Assembly: GCA_041613315.1 (NCBI GenBank)
Contig: JBFJHJ010000010.1
Span: 1-64,000 of the forward strand
Reading direction: 5' to 3'
Length of the DNA stretch: 64,000 bases
Source: Gemmatimonadales bacterium
Lineage (GTDB): Bacteria; Gemmatimonadota; Gemmatimonadetes; Gemmatimonadales; GWC2-71-9
Shown here: one piece after another, positions 50,188-59,737 of the stretch
Position numbering within the stretch: the first letter of the stretch is position 1
How the letters are laid out: each line of letters starts with the position of its first letter
Program-made: the position numbers and the translations under genes
Notes under the pieces: model-generated
The model's database searches: none
Told to the model about the DNA's origin: nothing
The model's input: only the letters and a program-made list of their open reading frames with translations

Positions 50188-51455
50188 CGGCGGGCGCGTT
50201 CGCCGGGCTCGACCCGTGCGTCCACTGCGGCTTTTGTCTGCAGAGCTGTCCGACCTTCCTCGTCACGGGGGACGAGGCCGACGGACCCCGTGGGCGCATC
50301 GTGCTGATGCAGGGGCTGCGCTCGGGACGGATGGCGCCCAACGATCCGGAGCTGACCCTGCACCTCGACCGCTGCCTGGGCTGCCGCGCCTGTGAGCCGG
50401 TGTGTCCGTCGGGCGTCCGCTACGGACCGGCGCTCGAGGCGGCCCGGCACGTCCTGGCCCATGCGCGCCCCGTCCCGCTGGCGGCTCGCGCGGTGCACGC
50501 CGTCATGGCCGAGCCCGCGCTGCGGCGGCCCGCGCTGGCGATCGCCCGCCTGCTACGTCCCATCGCACGGCGCCTCGCCGGTCCGTCGCGCGTGGGGTTC
50601 GCCCTCGGGATGCTGGCGGCGACGGCGCCCGCGCCGTTGAACGGCACGGCACGGACGCGGGAGGAGCGGCAGCGGGATGGGACGGCTCCTCCCCTCTCTG
50701 CGGCGCCGGCCACTCCCGTCGCCGTCTTCACCGGCTGCATCATGTCCGGCTTGTTCGGCCATGTGCACGCGGCGACGCGCCGGGTGCTCGCGGCCAACGG
50801 GTACACCGTGGTAGACGTGCCCGGCCAGGGGTGTTGCGGGGCGCTCCACGCCCACGCCGGCCAACACGAGGCGGCCGCGACGCTGGCCCGGCGAAACGCC
50901 GCCCGGTTTGCCGCCCTGTCGGCGAGCACCGTCGTGGCGGTGAACAGCGCAGGGTGCGGCGCCATGCTCCGGTCGTACGGCGCGCTCCTGGCCGGCGATC
51001 CGTTACAGCTGGAGGCCGAGGCGCTGGCCGGCCGGACGCGAGACGTCACCGAGCTGCTCGCCGCACGGGGGCCGCGTCGCGGTGCGGCGGTGCCGCTGCG
51101 AGCCGCGTACGATCCCCCGTGCCACTTGCTCCACGCGCAGGGCGTGGCGGAGGCCCCGGCGGCGGTGCTGGGCGCGGTGCCGGAGCTGGACCTGGTTTCC
51201 CACGGCGAAGCCGAGGTCTGCTGTGGCAGCGCCGGAAGCTATTCACTCGTGCAGCCCGCGCTGTCACGCCAGGTACTCGAGCGAAAGCTGGAGGCGTTAC
51301 GGGAGGTCCGACCGGAAATCGTGATCACCGGCAACCCGGGCTGCGCCATGCAGATCGGGGCCGGCCTCCTCGCAGACGGCGGGAGCGCGCACATCGCGCA
51401 TCCGGTCGAGGTGCTCGACTGGTCGTACGAACGGGCGGGGGTCTATGACGACTGA
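50184..51455 (+). CDS. glcF: Glycolate oxidase Fe-S subunit GlcF-like
   Basis: CVHCGFCLQSCPT, CLGCRACEPVCPSGV, two CCG domains, NPGCAMQI, HPVE. Confidence 0.92.
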   Translation: MTAGAFAGLDPCVHCGFCLQSCPTFLVTGDEADGPRGRIVLMQGLRSGRMAPNDPELTLHLDRCLGCRACEPVCPSGVRYGPALEAARHVLAHARPVPLAARAVHAVMAEPALRRPALAIARLLRPIARRLAGPSRVGFALGMLAATAPAPLNGTARTREERQRDGTAPPLSAAPATPVAVFTGCIMSGLFGHVHAATRRVLAANGYTVVDVPGQGCCGALHAHAGQHEAAATLARRNAARFAALSASTVVAVNSAGCGAMLRSYGALLAGDPLQLEAEALAGRTRDVTELLAARGPRRGAAVPLRAAYDPPCHLLHAQGVAEAPAAVLGAVPELDLVSHGEAEVCCGSAGSYSLVQPALSRQVLERKLEALREVRPEIVITGNPGCAMQIGAGLLADGGSAHIAHPVEVLDWSYERAGVYDD

Positions 51456-52473
51456 GGACAAGGTGACGAACGTTTCACCGCTGCCGCCCGTCGCGGTGCT
51501 CGGCTCCGGCGACGTGCCGCCGCGGGATGCGGAGGCCCTGCTGGACGGCGCCGTGCTGGCGGACTCCGGCGTCGCCGTCGTGAGCTTCACGGGACCCGCC
51601 GTCATCCAGTGCATCCAGGGTATCCTCACAAACGATATCGAGGCGCGCGGCCCGCATGGTTTTGTCTACGGAGCGGTGCTCACGCCGAAAGGCATGATCA
51701 TCACCGACCTGTGGGTGGCCCGGTCCGGCGGCACCGTGACGGTGTACGCGCCCCCGGAGGGGCGTCAGGCGCTGTTCGACGTCTTCACGCGATCGCTCCC
51801 GCCCCGGCTGGCCCGGCCCGTCGAGCGGACCGACACGGTCACCGTGCTCCGCCTCGCGGGGCCGGGTGCCGCGGACGTGGCGCGGCGCGCCGGGCTCGCC
51901 GTGCCGGAAGCCGGCGCGGCGCGGCGCGGTGCGGTGGGCGGCGTGGAGTGCGACGTCGCGCGGCCGCCGCAGGATCAACCGTTCGTCCTTCAGCTCGCGT
52001 GCCCGCGCGACGCCCACCATGCCGTGCGATCGGCGCTCGAGCGGGCCGGCGCGGTGCCGGCTCCGAGCGCGACGCTCGAGCTCGCCCGCATCCTCGCCGG
52101 CTGGCCGCGCCTGGGGGCGGAGATCGACCAGAAGACGCTGCCGCAGGAGGTGCGCTTCGACGAGCTGGAGGGTGTGTCGTACACGAAGGGATGTTACACG
52201 GGGCAGGAGACGGTGGCCCGCCTGCACTTTCGCGGGCACGCGAACCGGGAGGTGACGGGCCTGCTCTGGGATCGCCCACCCGCCTCGAACCACCCGGAGA
52301 TCCGCTACGACGACAAGCGGGTGGGGCGGGTGTCGAGCATCGCATGGGTCGAGCGAGCCCATCGGTACATTGGCCTGGGGCTGGTGCGCACATCGGTGAC
52401 ACGGGGCGAGGTCGTGACGGCCAGCGGTGCCCCTGCCCGCACGGTGGATCTGCCGTTTCAACTCCCCGCGTGA
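51445..52473 (+). CDS. YgfZ/GcvT-family folate-binding protein
   Basis: QGILTND, TPKG, LPQE, SYTKGCYTGQE motif. Confidence 0.92.
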   Translation: MTTEDKVTNVSPLPPVAVLGSGDVPPRDAEALLDGAVLADSGVAVVSFTGPAVIQCIQGILTNDIEARGPHGFVYGAVLTPKGMIITDLWVARSGGTVTVYAPPEGRQALFDVFTRSLPPRLARPVERTDTVTVLRLAGPGAADVARRAGLAVPEAGAARRGAVGGVECDVARPPQDQPFVLQLACPRDAHHAVRSALERAGAVPAPSATLELARILAGWPRLGAEIDQKTLPQEVRFDELEGVSYTKGCYTGQETVARLHFRGHANREVTGLLWDRPPASNHPEIRYDDKRVGRVSSIAWVERAHRYIGLGLVRTSVTRGEVVTASGAPARTVDLPFQLPA

Positions 52474-53660
52474 GGGGGTGGCGCGGCGTCGGCCCGGGGG
52501 TCGTGGTCGCCGCCGCCTTCATCGGACCGGGAACGGTCACGGCCGCCACGCTCGCAGGGGCGCGGCACGGCGTGACGCTGTTGTGGGCCCTCCTGTTTGC
52601 TACCGTCGCTACGATCGTATTGCAGGAAATGTGCGCCCGCCTCGGCCTCGCCACCGGCGCGGGGTTGGGACAGGCGCTCCGCGCGGTGCGGGGCCCCCGG
52701 TGGGTGGGCGCCGCCCTCGGAGCCCTCGCCGCCGTGGCCGTGATTGGCGGCGCCGCGGCGTACGAGGCCGGCAACCTCACGGGCGCCGCACTCGGGCTGA
52801 GCGCGGTGACCGGTCTCTCGCTCCGCACGTGGGTCGGCATCGGCACCGCGTTGGCCGGGGCGCTCCTTTGGTTCGGCGGCTATCGCGTGGTGGAGCGGGC
52901 TCTGGCCGCTTGTGTCGCCGTCATGGGGTTCGTGTTCCTCGCCACCGCGGTGCTCGTGGCGCCACACCTGGGGGAGATCGTGCGGGGCAGCCTCCTACCG
53001 GCCCTGCCCACGGGCGCGGAGCGCGACGCGCTCGCCCTGGTCGGCACCACCATCGTGCCGTACAACCTGTTCCTGCATGCGGCGGCAGTGCGCGAGCGGT
53101 GGTCCGACATCGCCGACCTCCGGGCGGCACGCCTCGATCTCGTCCTCGCCATCGCGCTCGGGGGCATCGTGTCGGCGGCCGTGGTCGTCACCGCGAGTGC
53201 GGCGCTGGCCGGCGGGCCGGTCACGTCGGCGTCCGACATGGCGCAGCAGCTGGAACCGCTCCTGGGGCGCTGGGCCGGCCGTGCGTTCGCTATGGGCTAC
53301 GCCGCAGCCGGCATCTCCTCGGCGATCACGGCACCCCTCGCCGCCGCGTACACGCTCCTCGACGTCACGGGGCGAGGGCGGGATGTCTCCACGCCGCCGG
53401 CACGCGCCGTGTGGGCCGGCTGCATGGCGGTCGGCGCCGTGACCGCGCTGATCGGGTTCCGCCCGGTCCCACTCATCGTGCTCGCACAGATCGTCAACGG
53501 ACTGATCCTGCCCGTGGTGGCCGTGGTGCTTCTCGTCGCGATGAACGACCGGCGCCGCTTGGGCACGCACGTGAACGGATGGAAGGGGAATATCGGGGGG
53601 ACACTGGTGGCGCTCCTCTGCGCCGCGTTGGGCGCGCGGGCGGTGTGGGCGGCGCTATGA
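52470..53660 (+). CDS. NRAMP-family divalent metal transporter
   Basis: GPG.VVAAAFIGPGTVT, QEM.ARLG, GN..GA, GTTIVPYNLFLH. Confidence 0.88.
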   Translation: MRGWRGVGPGVVVAAAFIGPGTVTAATLAGARHGVTLLWALLFATVATIVLQEMCARLGLATGAGLGQALRAVRGPRWVGAALGALAAVAVIGGAAAYEAGNLTGAALGLSAVTGLSLRTWVGIGTALAGALLWFGGYRVVERALAACVAVMGFVFLATAVLVAPHLGEIVRGSLLPALPTGAERDALALVGTTIVPYNLFLHAAAVRERWSDIADLRAARLDLVLAIALGGIVSAAVVVTASAALAGGPVTSASDMAQQLEPLLGRWAGRAFAMGYAAAGISSAITAPLAAAYTLLDVTGRGRDVSTPPARAVWAGCMAVGAVTALIGFRPVPLIVLAQIVNGLILPVVAVVLLVAMNDRRRLGTHVNGWKGNIGGTLVALLCAALGARAVWAAL

Positions 53661-53665
53661 TCACG

Positions 53666-53762
53666 GGCGGACAGGCGGTCAGCTCAGGGTCGTCGCAGAC
53701 TCGGTCTCGGCCACGAGCCCGCGCCGCCACGGCCGACCGTACCGCCCGACCGGCTATCCGCC
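53666..53762. repeat. Imperfect long inverted repeat between convergent genes
   Basis: GGCGGACAGGCGGTC (53666-53680) and GACCGGCTATCCGCC (53748-53762) are 13/15 complementary, with an inner stem. Confidence 0.45.
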
Positions 53763-53770
53763 TAATCGAC

Positions 53771-56497
53771 CTACCGCCCGATCATCAGTGTCAGCGACGC
53801 CTCCAGCGCACGATCGATGCGCGCTTTTGACTCGTCCAGGTGGGCCCGCGTCGCGGTGTCGAGCCCAACGCTCGCTGCCAGCGCGTCGCCCAGCCGGCTC
53901 GAGAGCCGGCGGAGCTCCCAGCGCGCCAAGGAGCGCGCGTCCTCCGGGACCACGGGCGACGGATCGATCAGCAGGATCGTGAGCTCGTTCAGATAGGAGC
54001 GCTGGAGGTTACGGCGGAACGAGTTGACGGAACGCACACCCTGCCCCCCCTCGCCCGCTTCCGACCAGATCGCCGCCGTCAGCGTGCCCAGTAGCTCCGC
54101 CACCGTGTACGGCTCCGCGCCGGCGGGCATGCGCACCTCGTTGTCGATCATCCGCCGGAGGCGATAGGCGTCGGTCACGGTGTATAGCAGGAGGTCCTGC
54201 ACCAGCGAGACGTAGGCGTGGACGGGATAGTCGAGGGGGACGGTGAAGAACGGCATCCCCCAATGCGCCCATCGGTTCGGCGCCATCTTGTTGAGCTGCT
54301 CGGGATCGAAGCGGAACGCATCCTCGGCGAAGACCCCGCGCACCAGCAGGTCCATGGCCTCACGTTGGGTCGCGGCGGGAATGGGCGTGAACGGCGCACG
54401 GCCGCCGGGATCGCCCTTGTGGTCACGCGCAACGTACGCGCCGCCGATCACTTTGGTGACCGGGAGGAGGGCCAGGACCTCCTCGATCAGCAGCGCGGTC
54501 ATCGCTCCCCGCAGGCGCTGGTACCCCTCGCCTTCCGCCACGAGACGCGACTCGAGATGCGGCCGCACGCGTCGCACAATCTCAGCCCGGTCGCGCGCGA
54601 ACGCCGCCGGGTCGGACCCGAGATCCCAGGCGCTTGTCCGTGGATCGAGCGCAAACGGTCCCAGCCAGTTGTCCTCATCGGTCCCGAACGCGTGCAGGGG
54701 CTCGGCGGCGCGGCGCGCGATGCTCGCAAGGCCGGGACGCTCGGCCTCGGGTGTCGGCACCGGCGTACCCATCGTGGCCGGCTCACCGTTGTCGCTCGAC
54801 CCGTAGATCGGGGCGTAGCCGTACTGGATCACCCACTTGTCGTAGGTGCCGACGCCCGTGTTCCAGTACTGGCCCTGCCGGGCCCGATTCGGCGACACGT
54901 TGACCGGCCCGTAGTCCATGACCGACAGCGTGAGCCCGTGGCGACGCGTGAAGCTCGTGTCCTGGAGCCGATCGTACGGGATCGCGGACGACCCCTTGAA
55001 GTTGTGCCTGAGACCGAGGGTGTGCCCCACTTCGTGCATCGTCAGGTCGCGGATCGCATCGCCGAGGTACGTCTCCGGGAGCGGCTTCCCGCCATCCAGC
55101 TCGCCCAAGCCCACGAGGAGGGCGTACTGCAGCCCCAACTGTTGGTGCCGACCGAACTCGGCGTAGCAGACACGCTGCGCAAGGACCTGGGGGAGGCCCG
55201 CCGGCGGGCGCTGTAACTCGTCCAGGCGTCTCCGCAGCTCGTCCGGACCGGCCAACTGTTGGTATTCGTAGAGCCATGCCCGGACGATGGACGACGAAAT
55301 GAGGATGTCGGCGTTCAGGATCTCGCCGGTCCGGGGGTCGGTCTGAGAGGGACCGATGGCGTAGCCCATGCGGTGCGCCGCCGTCCAGCGCACCGTCGAG
55401 TACCGCACGTCTTCGGCGCTCCACGTCGTGTCATCCGGCGCGTCGCGGACGACGATCGCGTTCGTGAATCCCGCCGTCTCGAACGCGGCGTTCCAGGCTT
55501 CGATTCCTTCCTTCACGTGCCGCCGGTATTCCCGCGGCACGCTCCGGTCGATGTAGTAGACGATCGGCGTGACCGGATCGGAGCGGCCCGCGCCGTGGTC
55601 CTTCTTCTCGAGGCGCCACCGATTCACGTATCGGAGGTACGGCGAGTCGGTCCGGTCGCGGGAGAAGTCCTCGACCGCGTCGACGAAGTATCCGACGCGG
55701 TCGTCCGCCAACCGGGGTCGCATCGGCGTCTCGGGCAAGGCGAACAGCGAGTAGCGTATCCCCACCGGCACCGAGCGGTAGTCCGACACCCCCTCGCCGC
55801 CGAACCGGGGAACGTCGCTCGCCTCGAACGTGACCTCGGCGTCGATCTCCACGTTGCTGGGGAACCCCATCACCGTGCCGACGTAACTGCGCTCTTTGTC
55901 GAACCGCACCGGCTTGTTGCCGTAGTAGATCTTGATGACGTCGGCGAGTCCGGCGTAGTCGGACACGATGAGCCCCGTGACGTCTACGAGCACGTGCTTC
56001 GACGCCTGCTGCTCGCTCTCGATCTTGAAGGCCGCCACGATGGAGTGGCCCACGTTGTCATCGAGGGACGCCCGCATCGGCGAACCGGAATCCGCCGTGA
56101 ACCGCGTGTTGACGTGCACGAGGTAGATCTTGTCGCCCACCCGGCGGAGCCGCATCAGCCGCGCCTCGCTGAGGGGAAGCCCGTCGTGGACGTTGAAGTC
56201 GCCCACGCCCCGGCTCAAGTGCATCACCAACCCGAAGTCCCGCTCCAGCTGAGCCGGCGCCAGCTCCAACAGCAGCGACTGATCGCGCTTGAGATGGAAG
56301 GTGAAGTACCCGGCAATCGCGCGCGTGTCCTTCAGGACGTCGTCCCACTTCTTGAGGGGGTCCTTCGACTCGTCTTTCTTCTCCTGCTGCCCAGCGGCGG
56401 ACGGCGTCGGTTTCTGCTCCTGCGGATACACCTGGACACACGCGGTGAGCAGGCCCAGCGCGACGGAACGGGCGAGCAACGACACGAGGCGCGGCAT
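53771..56497 (-). CDS. Zinc-dependent metalloprotease lipoprotein (DUF5117/DUF4953-type)
   Basis: LLTAC lipobox, R.ADDRVGYF, RWRLE, DPRTGEIL, HEVGHTLGLRHN, SVMDY; GGAGGT RBS before ATG 56497. Confidence 0.9.
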   Translation of the reverse strand: MPRLVSLLARSVALGLLTACVQVYPQEQKPTPSAAGQQEKKDESKDPLKKWDDVLKDTRAIAGYFTFHLKRDQSLLLELAPAQLERDFGLVMHLSRGVGDFNVHDGLPLSEARLMRLRRVGDKIYLVHVNTRFTADSGSPMRASLDDNVGHSIVAAFKIESEQQASKHVLVDVTGLIVSDYAGLADVIKIYYGNKPVRFDKERSYVGTVMGFPSNVEIDAEVTFEASDVPRFGGEGVSDYRSVPVGIRYSLFALPETPMRPRLADDRVGYFVDAVEDFSRDRTDSPYLRYVNRWRLEKKDHGAGRSDPVTPIVYYIDRSVPREYRRHVKEGIEAWNAAFETAGFTNAIVVRDAPDDTTWSAEDVRYSTVRWTAAHRMGYAIGPSQTDPRTGEILNADILISSSIVRAWLYEYQQLAGPDELRRRLDELQRPPAGLPQVLAQRVCYAEFGRHQQLGLQYALLVGLGELDGGKPLPETYLGDAIRDLTMHEVGHTLGLRHNFKGSSAIPYDRLQDTSFTRRHGLTLSVMDYGPVNVSPNRARQGQYWNTGVGTYDKWVIQYGYAPIYGSSDNGEPATMGTPVPTPEAERPGLASIARRAAEPLHAFGTDEDNWLGPFALDPRTSAWDLGSDPAAFARDRAEIVRRVRPHLESRLVAEGEGYQRLRGAMTALLIEEVLALLPVTKVIGGAYVARDHKGDPGGRAPFTPIPAATQREAMDLLVRGVFAEDAFRFDPEQLNKMAPNRWAHWGMPFFTVPLDYPVHAYVSLVQDLLLYTVTDAYRLRRMIDNEVRMPAGAEPYTVAELLGTLTAAIWSEAGEGGQGVRSVNSFRRNLQRSYLNELTILLIDPSPVVPEDARSLARWELRRLSSRLGDALAASVGLDTATRAHLDESKARIDRALEASLTLMIGR

Positions 56498-56543
56498 CGA
56501 TTCCACCTCCGACCTGGACGCCCGTCGCCGGACGTCATCGCTC

Positions 56544-56572
56544 AGCTTACCCGGGGGCGGGGAGGCGGTCAA
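56544..56572 (-). promoter_or_regulatory. Putative promoter of the metalloprotease gene
   Basis: Minus strand TTGACC-17 bp-TAAGCT; the ORF-track TTG start at 56572 is within this -35 box. Confidence 0.65.
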
Positions 56573-56736
56573 GCAACGGGTGAGGCTGCCCGGCGGCTGG
56601 CGTTGCGCGTGCGCGCGGGCCTACTATTCGGTGCCGGTCGCTCGATCGGCCGTCAGCCTGGAACCCGGTCCCCGAAACCCGCGGCGTTTCGCCGGTGTTC
56701 CCTCGGTCCGTCGCCTCTCGCACACGGGAACGTTTC

Positions 56737-58023
56737 ATGATGCGCGCTTTCTTCGTGACCGCTACCCTCTTGGGCCTCGGCGCCGCGTCGGCGGCCGGGC
56801 AACACCAACAGATCGACCGCGCCGTCGAGCGCGTGACGCCGGAGATCACGGAGATCCGCCATCACATCCACCAACACCCCGAACTGGGCAACCGGGAGGT
56901 CGAGACCGCCAAGCTCGTGGCCGACTACCTGCGCCGGCTCGGCTTCGACGAGGTCCAGACCGGGGTCGCCCACACGGGCGTCGTGGCGCTGCTCAAGGGC
57001 CGCCGCCCGGGACCGGTGGTCGCGGTGCGGGCGGACATGGACGCCCTGCCGGTGACGGAGGAGACGCCGTACCCGTGGAAGTCCGTGAAGCGAACGACGT
57101 ACCTCGGACAAGAGGTCGGCGTTTCGCACGCGTGCGGTCACGACATCCACACCGCGGTCCAGCTGGGCGTGGCGTCGGTGTTGGCCTCGCTGCGCGAGCG
57201 GCTGCCGGGCACGGTCAAGTTCATCTTCCAACCCGCCGAAGAGGGGCCGCCGCCGGGCGAGGAGGGTGGCGCGGAGCTGATGCTCAAGGAGGGCGTCCTC
57301 GACAACCCACGACCCACCGCCATCTTCGGGCTCCACACGTTCGCGCACCTGGAGGCCGGCAAGATCGGGTACACGCCGGGAGGAGCGCTCGCGGCGGTGG
57401 ACCACTTCTACATCACCCTGCTGGGCACGCAGGCGCACGGCGCGGCGCCGCACCTGTCGGTGGATCCCATCGTCATGGGCGCCGAGGTGGTGCTGGCGCT
57501 GCAGACAATCCGCTCCCGCAGCCTCTCGCCGCTCGAGCCCAGCGTCGTCACCGTGGGGATGTTCCGCGGCGGCCAGCGGTTCAACATCATCCCGGGCGAG
57601 GTGCAGCTCGAAGGGACGGTGCGCACCTACAGCCGGGAGGTACAGGATCAGGTGGAGCGGCGCATGCGGGAGATCTTGGCGGGCGTCACCGCGGCGTACG
57701 GCGGCAGCTTCGAGCTGCGCTACGACCGCACGACGCCGCCCACGATCAACGACGTGGCCCTGACCGAACGCATGGTCCCCAGCGTCGCCAGGGCCGTGGG
57801 CGCGGCCAACGTGGGCCGGATCGCCCCGTGGATGGCCGGCGAAGATTTTGCCTACTTTGCCAATGAGGTGCCCGGATTCTTCTTCCGCCTTGGGACGCTC
57901 AAGCCCGGCACGACGTCGGGCGATCACCACTCGCCTACGTTCATGGCCGACGACGCGGCGATCCCCGTCGGCATCCGGGCGATGAGCTACGTGCTCTGGG
58001 ACTACTTGAACGCACGGAACTAG
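56737..58023 (+). CDS. M20 family amidohydrolase (signal peptide)
   Basis: HQHPEL, RADMDALP, HACGHD, FQPAEEG, EDF, HHSP. Confidence 0.93.
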   Translation: MMRAFFVTATLLGLGAASAAGQHQQIDRAVERVTPEITEIRHHIHQHPELGNREVETAKLVADYLRRLGFDEVQTGVAHTGVVALLKGRRPGPVVAVRADMDALPVTEETPYPWKSVKRTTYLGQEVGVSHACGHDIHTAVQLGVASVLASLRERLPGTVKFIFQPAEEGPPPGEEGGAELMLKEGVLDNPRPTAIFGLHTFAHLEAGKIGYTPGGALAAVDHFYITLLGTQAHGAAPHLSVDPIVMGAEVVLALQTIRSRSLSPLEPSVVTVGMFRGGQRFNIIPGEVQLEGTVRTYSREVQDQVERRMREILAGVTAAYGGSFELRYDRTTPPTINDVALTERMVPSVARAVGAANVGRIAPWMAGEDFAYFANEVPGFFFRLGTLKPGTTSGDHHSPTFMADDAAIPVGIRAMSYVLWDYLNARN

Positions 58024-58033
58024 CCGCCGCGAC

Positions 58034-59737
58034 ATGACCCCACTGACCGACCAGGAGCTGGTCGAGCGCTGGCGCGGCGAGCCCGCGCCGCTGCTCCCCC
58101 TGTTGCACGCCTTCCACGATCGGGACGGGTTTCTGTCCGAAGAGGCGATGCGGGCGGTGGCCCGGGGCCTCGACCTCCCGATCGCGGAACTCTACGGGAA
58201 CGTCACGTTCTACCATCATTTCGCGCGCCAACCAGCGCAGCGCGGGGCGGCGCGCGTTTGCACCGGTCCCATTTGCCGCCTGCTCGGTGGAGAGGCACTG
58301 CTCGAGGCGCTGGCCGGCGAAGGCGCGACCGCCATGCCGTGCGCCGGCCGGTGCGACGACCCGGTGCCGGTGCTCCGCGGCCCGACACTGCTCGTGGGCA
58401 GGACGGCCGACCAGCTCGCGTCCCGACCCTCGCCACTGCCACCGCGCAACCCGGGCGGCGTCGAAGAGTGCGTCTTCGCGGCGATTCGCGAGCCGGGGCG
58501 CGCGGGTCTCGAGGGATACCGGAAGAGCGGCGGGTACGAAGGACTGACGCGCGCCCTGACGACGATGCGACCGAGCGACGTGATCCAGCTCATCACCGAC
58601 AGCACGCTCGCGGGCCGGGGCGGTGCAGGGTTTCCGACCGGAACCAAATGGAAAGCGGTGGCCGACGCGTCCGGCCGGCCCAAGACGATTGTGTGCAACG
58701 CCGACGAAGGCGAGCCGGGCTGCTTCAAGGACCGCGCGATCCTCGATCACGACCCGCATGCGGTGCTCGAGGGCATGGTGCTGGCCGGCTACGCGACGGG
58801 CGCGACCCGCGGATTCATCTACCTCCGCTACGAGTACCCTGAGACCGCCGACATCCTGGAGCGGGCGGTCGCCGAGGCGGGCCGGGCGGGCGTCCTCGGG
58901 GAGCGGGTGCTGGGCACCGACTTCGACTTTCGGATCTACGTGCGGCGCGGGGCCGGGGCATATATCTGCGGCGAGGAGGGATCGCTCCTCAACAGCCTGG
59001 AGGGCAAGCATCCGTTCCCGCGCAACCGGCCGCCGTTCCCCGTCACCCACGGGTACGAGGACCTGCCCACCGTCGTGAACAACGTCGAGACGCTCGCCTC
59101 GACGCCGCACATCCTCCGCCGCGGCGCCGCGTGGTACCGCGGTCTGGGCCTGAACGGCCACGCGGGCACGAAGGTCATCAGCCTCTCGGGCGACATCCAG
59201 CGGCCCGGGAACTACGAGGTGCCCCTGGGGCTCCCGCTCCCGACGCTGCTCGGTGACTGGGCCGGTGGTCCGCCGCCGGGCCGGACCATCCAGGCCGTCA
59301 CGATGGCCGGCCTGTCGGGGGGGTTCCTCGCCGGCGACGACCTGGACGTGACGCTGGACGAGGCCAGCATCCGCGCACGCGGGTCGTTCTTGGGCGCGGG
59401 GGGCATCATGGTGTTCGACGATTCACGGGACATGGTCGACGTGGCCCACGGCGCGATGGCGTTTTTCGCCCATGAGTCGTGCGGGAAGTGCTTCCCGTGC
59501 CGCATCGGCACGCAGCGGCTCACCGAGCGCCTGGCCGGCGCGGCCGGGCCCGCGGAGCTTACCGCGTGGCTCGACGAGGTGACCGACATCGGCAGGGTCA
59601 TGAAGGCCATCAGCGCGTGCGGGCTCGGCACGGCGGCCCCTTTGATTACCGAGAGCCTGATGCGGTATTTTCCGGAGCGGCTCGCGGCGCACGTGCGCTC
59701 GCACGGAGCGCACCCCGACCAACAGGATCGTCCATGA
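58034..59737 (+). CDS. NAD-linked formate dehydrogenase diaphorase subunit, NuoE-NuoF (FdsG-FdsB) fusion
   Basis: NuoE-like TFYHHF, CTGPIC, CAGRC; NuoF-like GRGGAGFPTG, NADEGEPG, GAGAYICGEE, ESCGKCFPCR, ACGLG. Confidence 0.92.
   Translation: MTPLTDQELVERWRGEPAPLLPLLHAFHDRDGFLSEEAMRAVARGLDLPIAELYGNVTFYHHFARQPAQRGAARVCTGPICRLLGGEALLEALAGEGATAMPCAGRCDDPVPVLRGPTLLVGRTADQLASRPSPLPPRNPGGVEECVFAAIREPGRAGLEGYRKSGGYEGLTRALTTMRPSDVIQLITDSTLAGRGGAGFPTGTKWKAVADASGRPKTIVCNADEGEPGCFKDRAILDHDPHAVLEGMVLAGYATGATRGFIYLRYEYPETADILERAVAEAGRAGVLGERVLGTDFDFRIYVRRGAGAYICGEEGSLLNSLEGKHPFPRNRPPFPVTHGYEDLPTVVNNVETLASTPHILRRGAAWYRGLGLNGHAGTKVISLSGDIQRPGNYEVPLGLPLPTLLGDWAGGPPPGRTIQAVTMAGLSGGFLAGDDLDVTLDEASIRARGSFLGAGGIMVFDDSRDMVDVAHGAMAFFAHESCGKCFPCRIGTQRLTERLAGAAGPAELTAWLDEVTDIGRVMKAISACGLGTAAPLITESLMRYFPERLAAHVRSHGAHPDQQDRP

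Noticed and set aside
58034..59737. Respiratory complex I (nuo) operon or hydrogenase
   Set aside because: No other nuo or hydrogenase subunits; the gene is coupled to an FDH alpha subunit with fdhD nearby.
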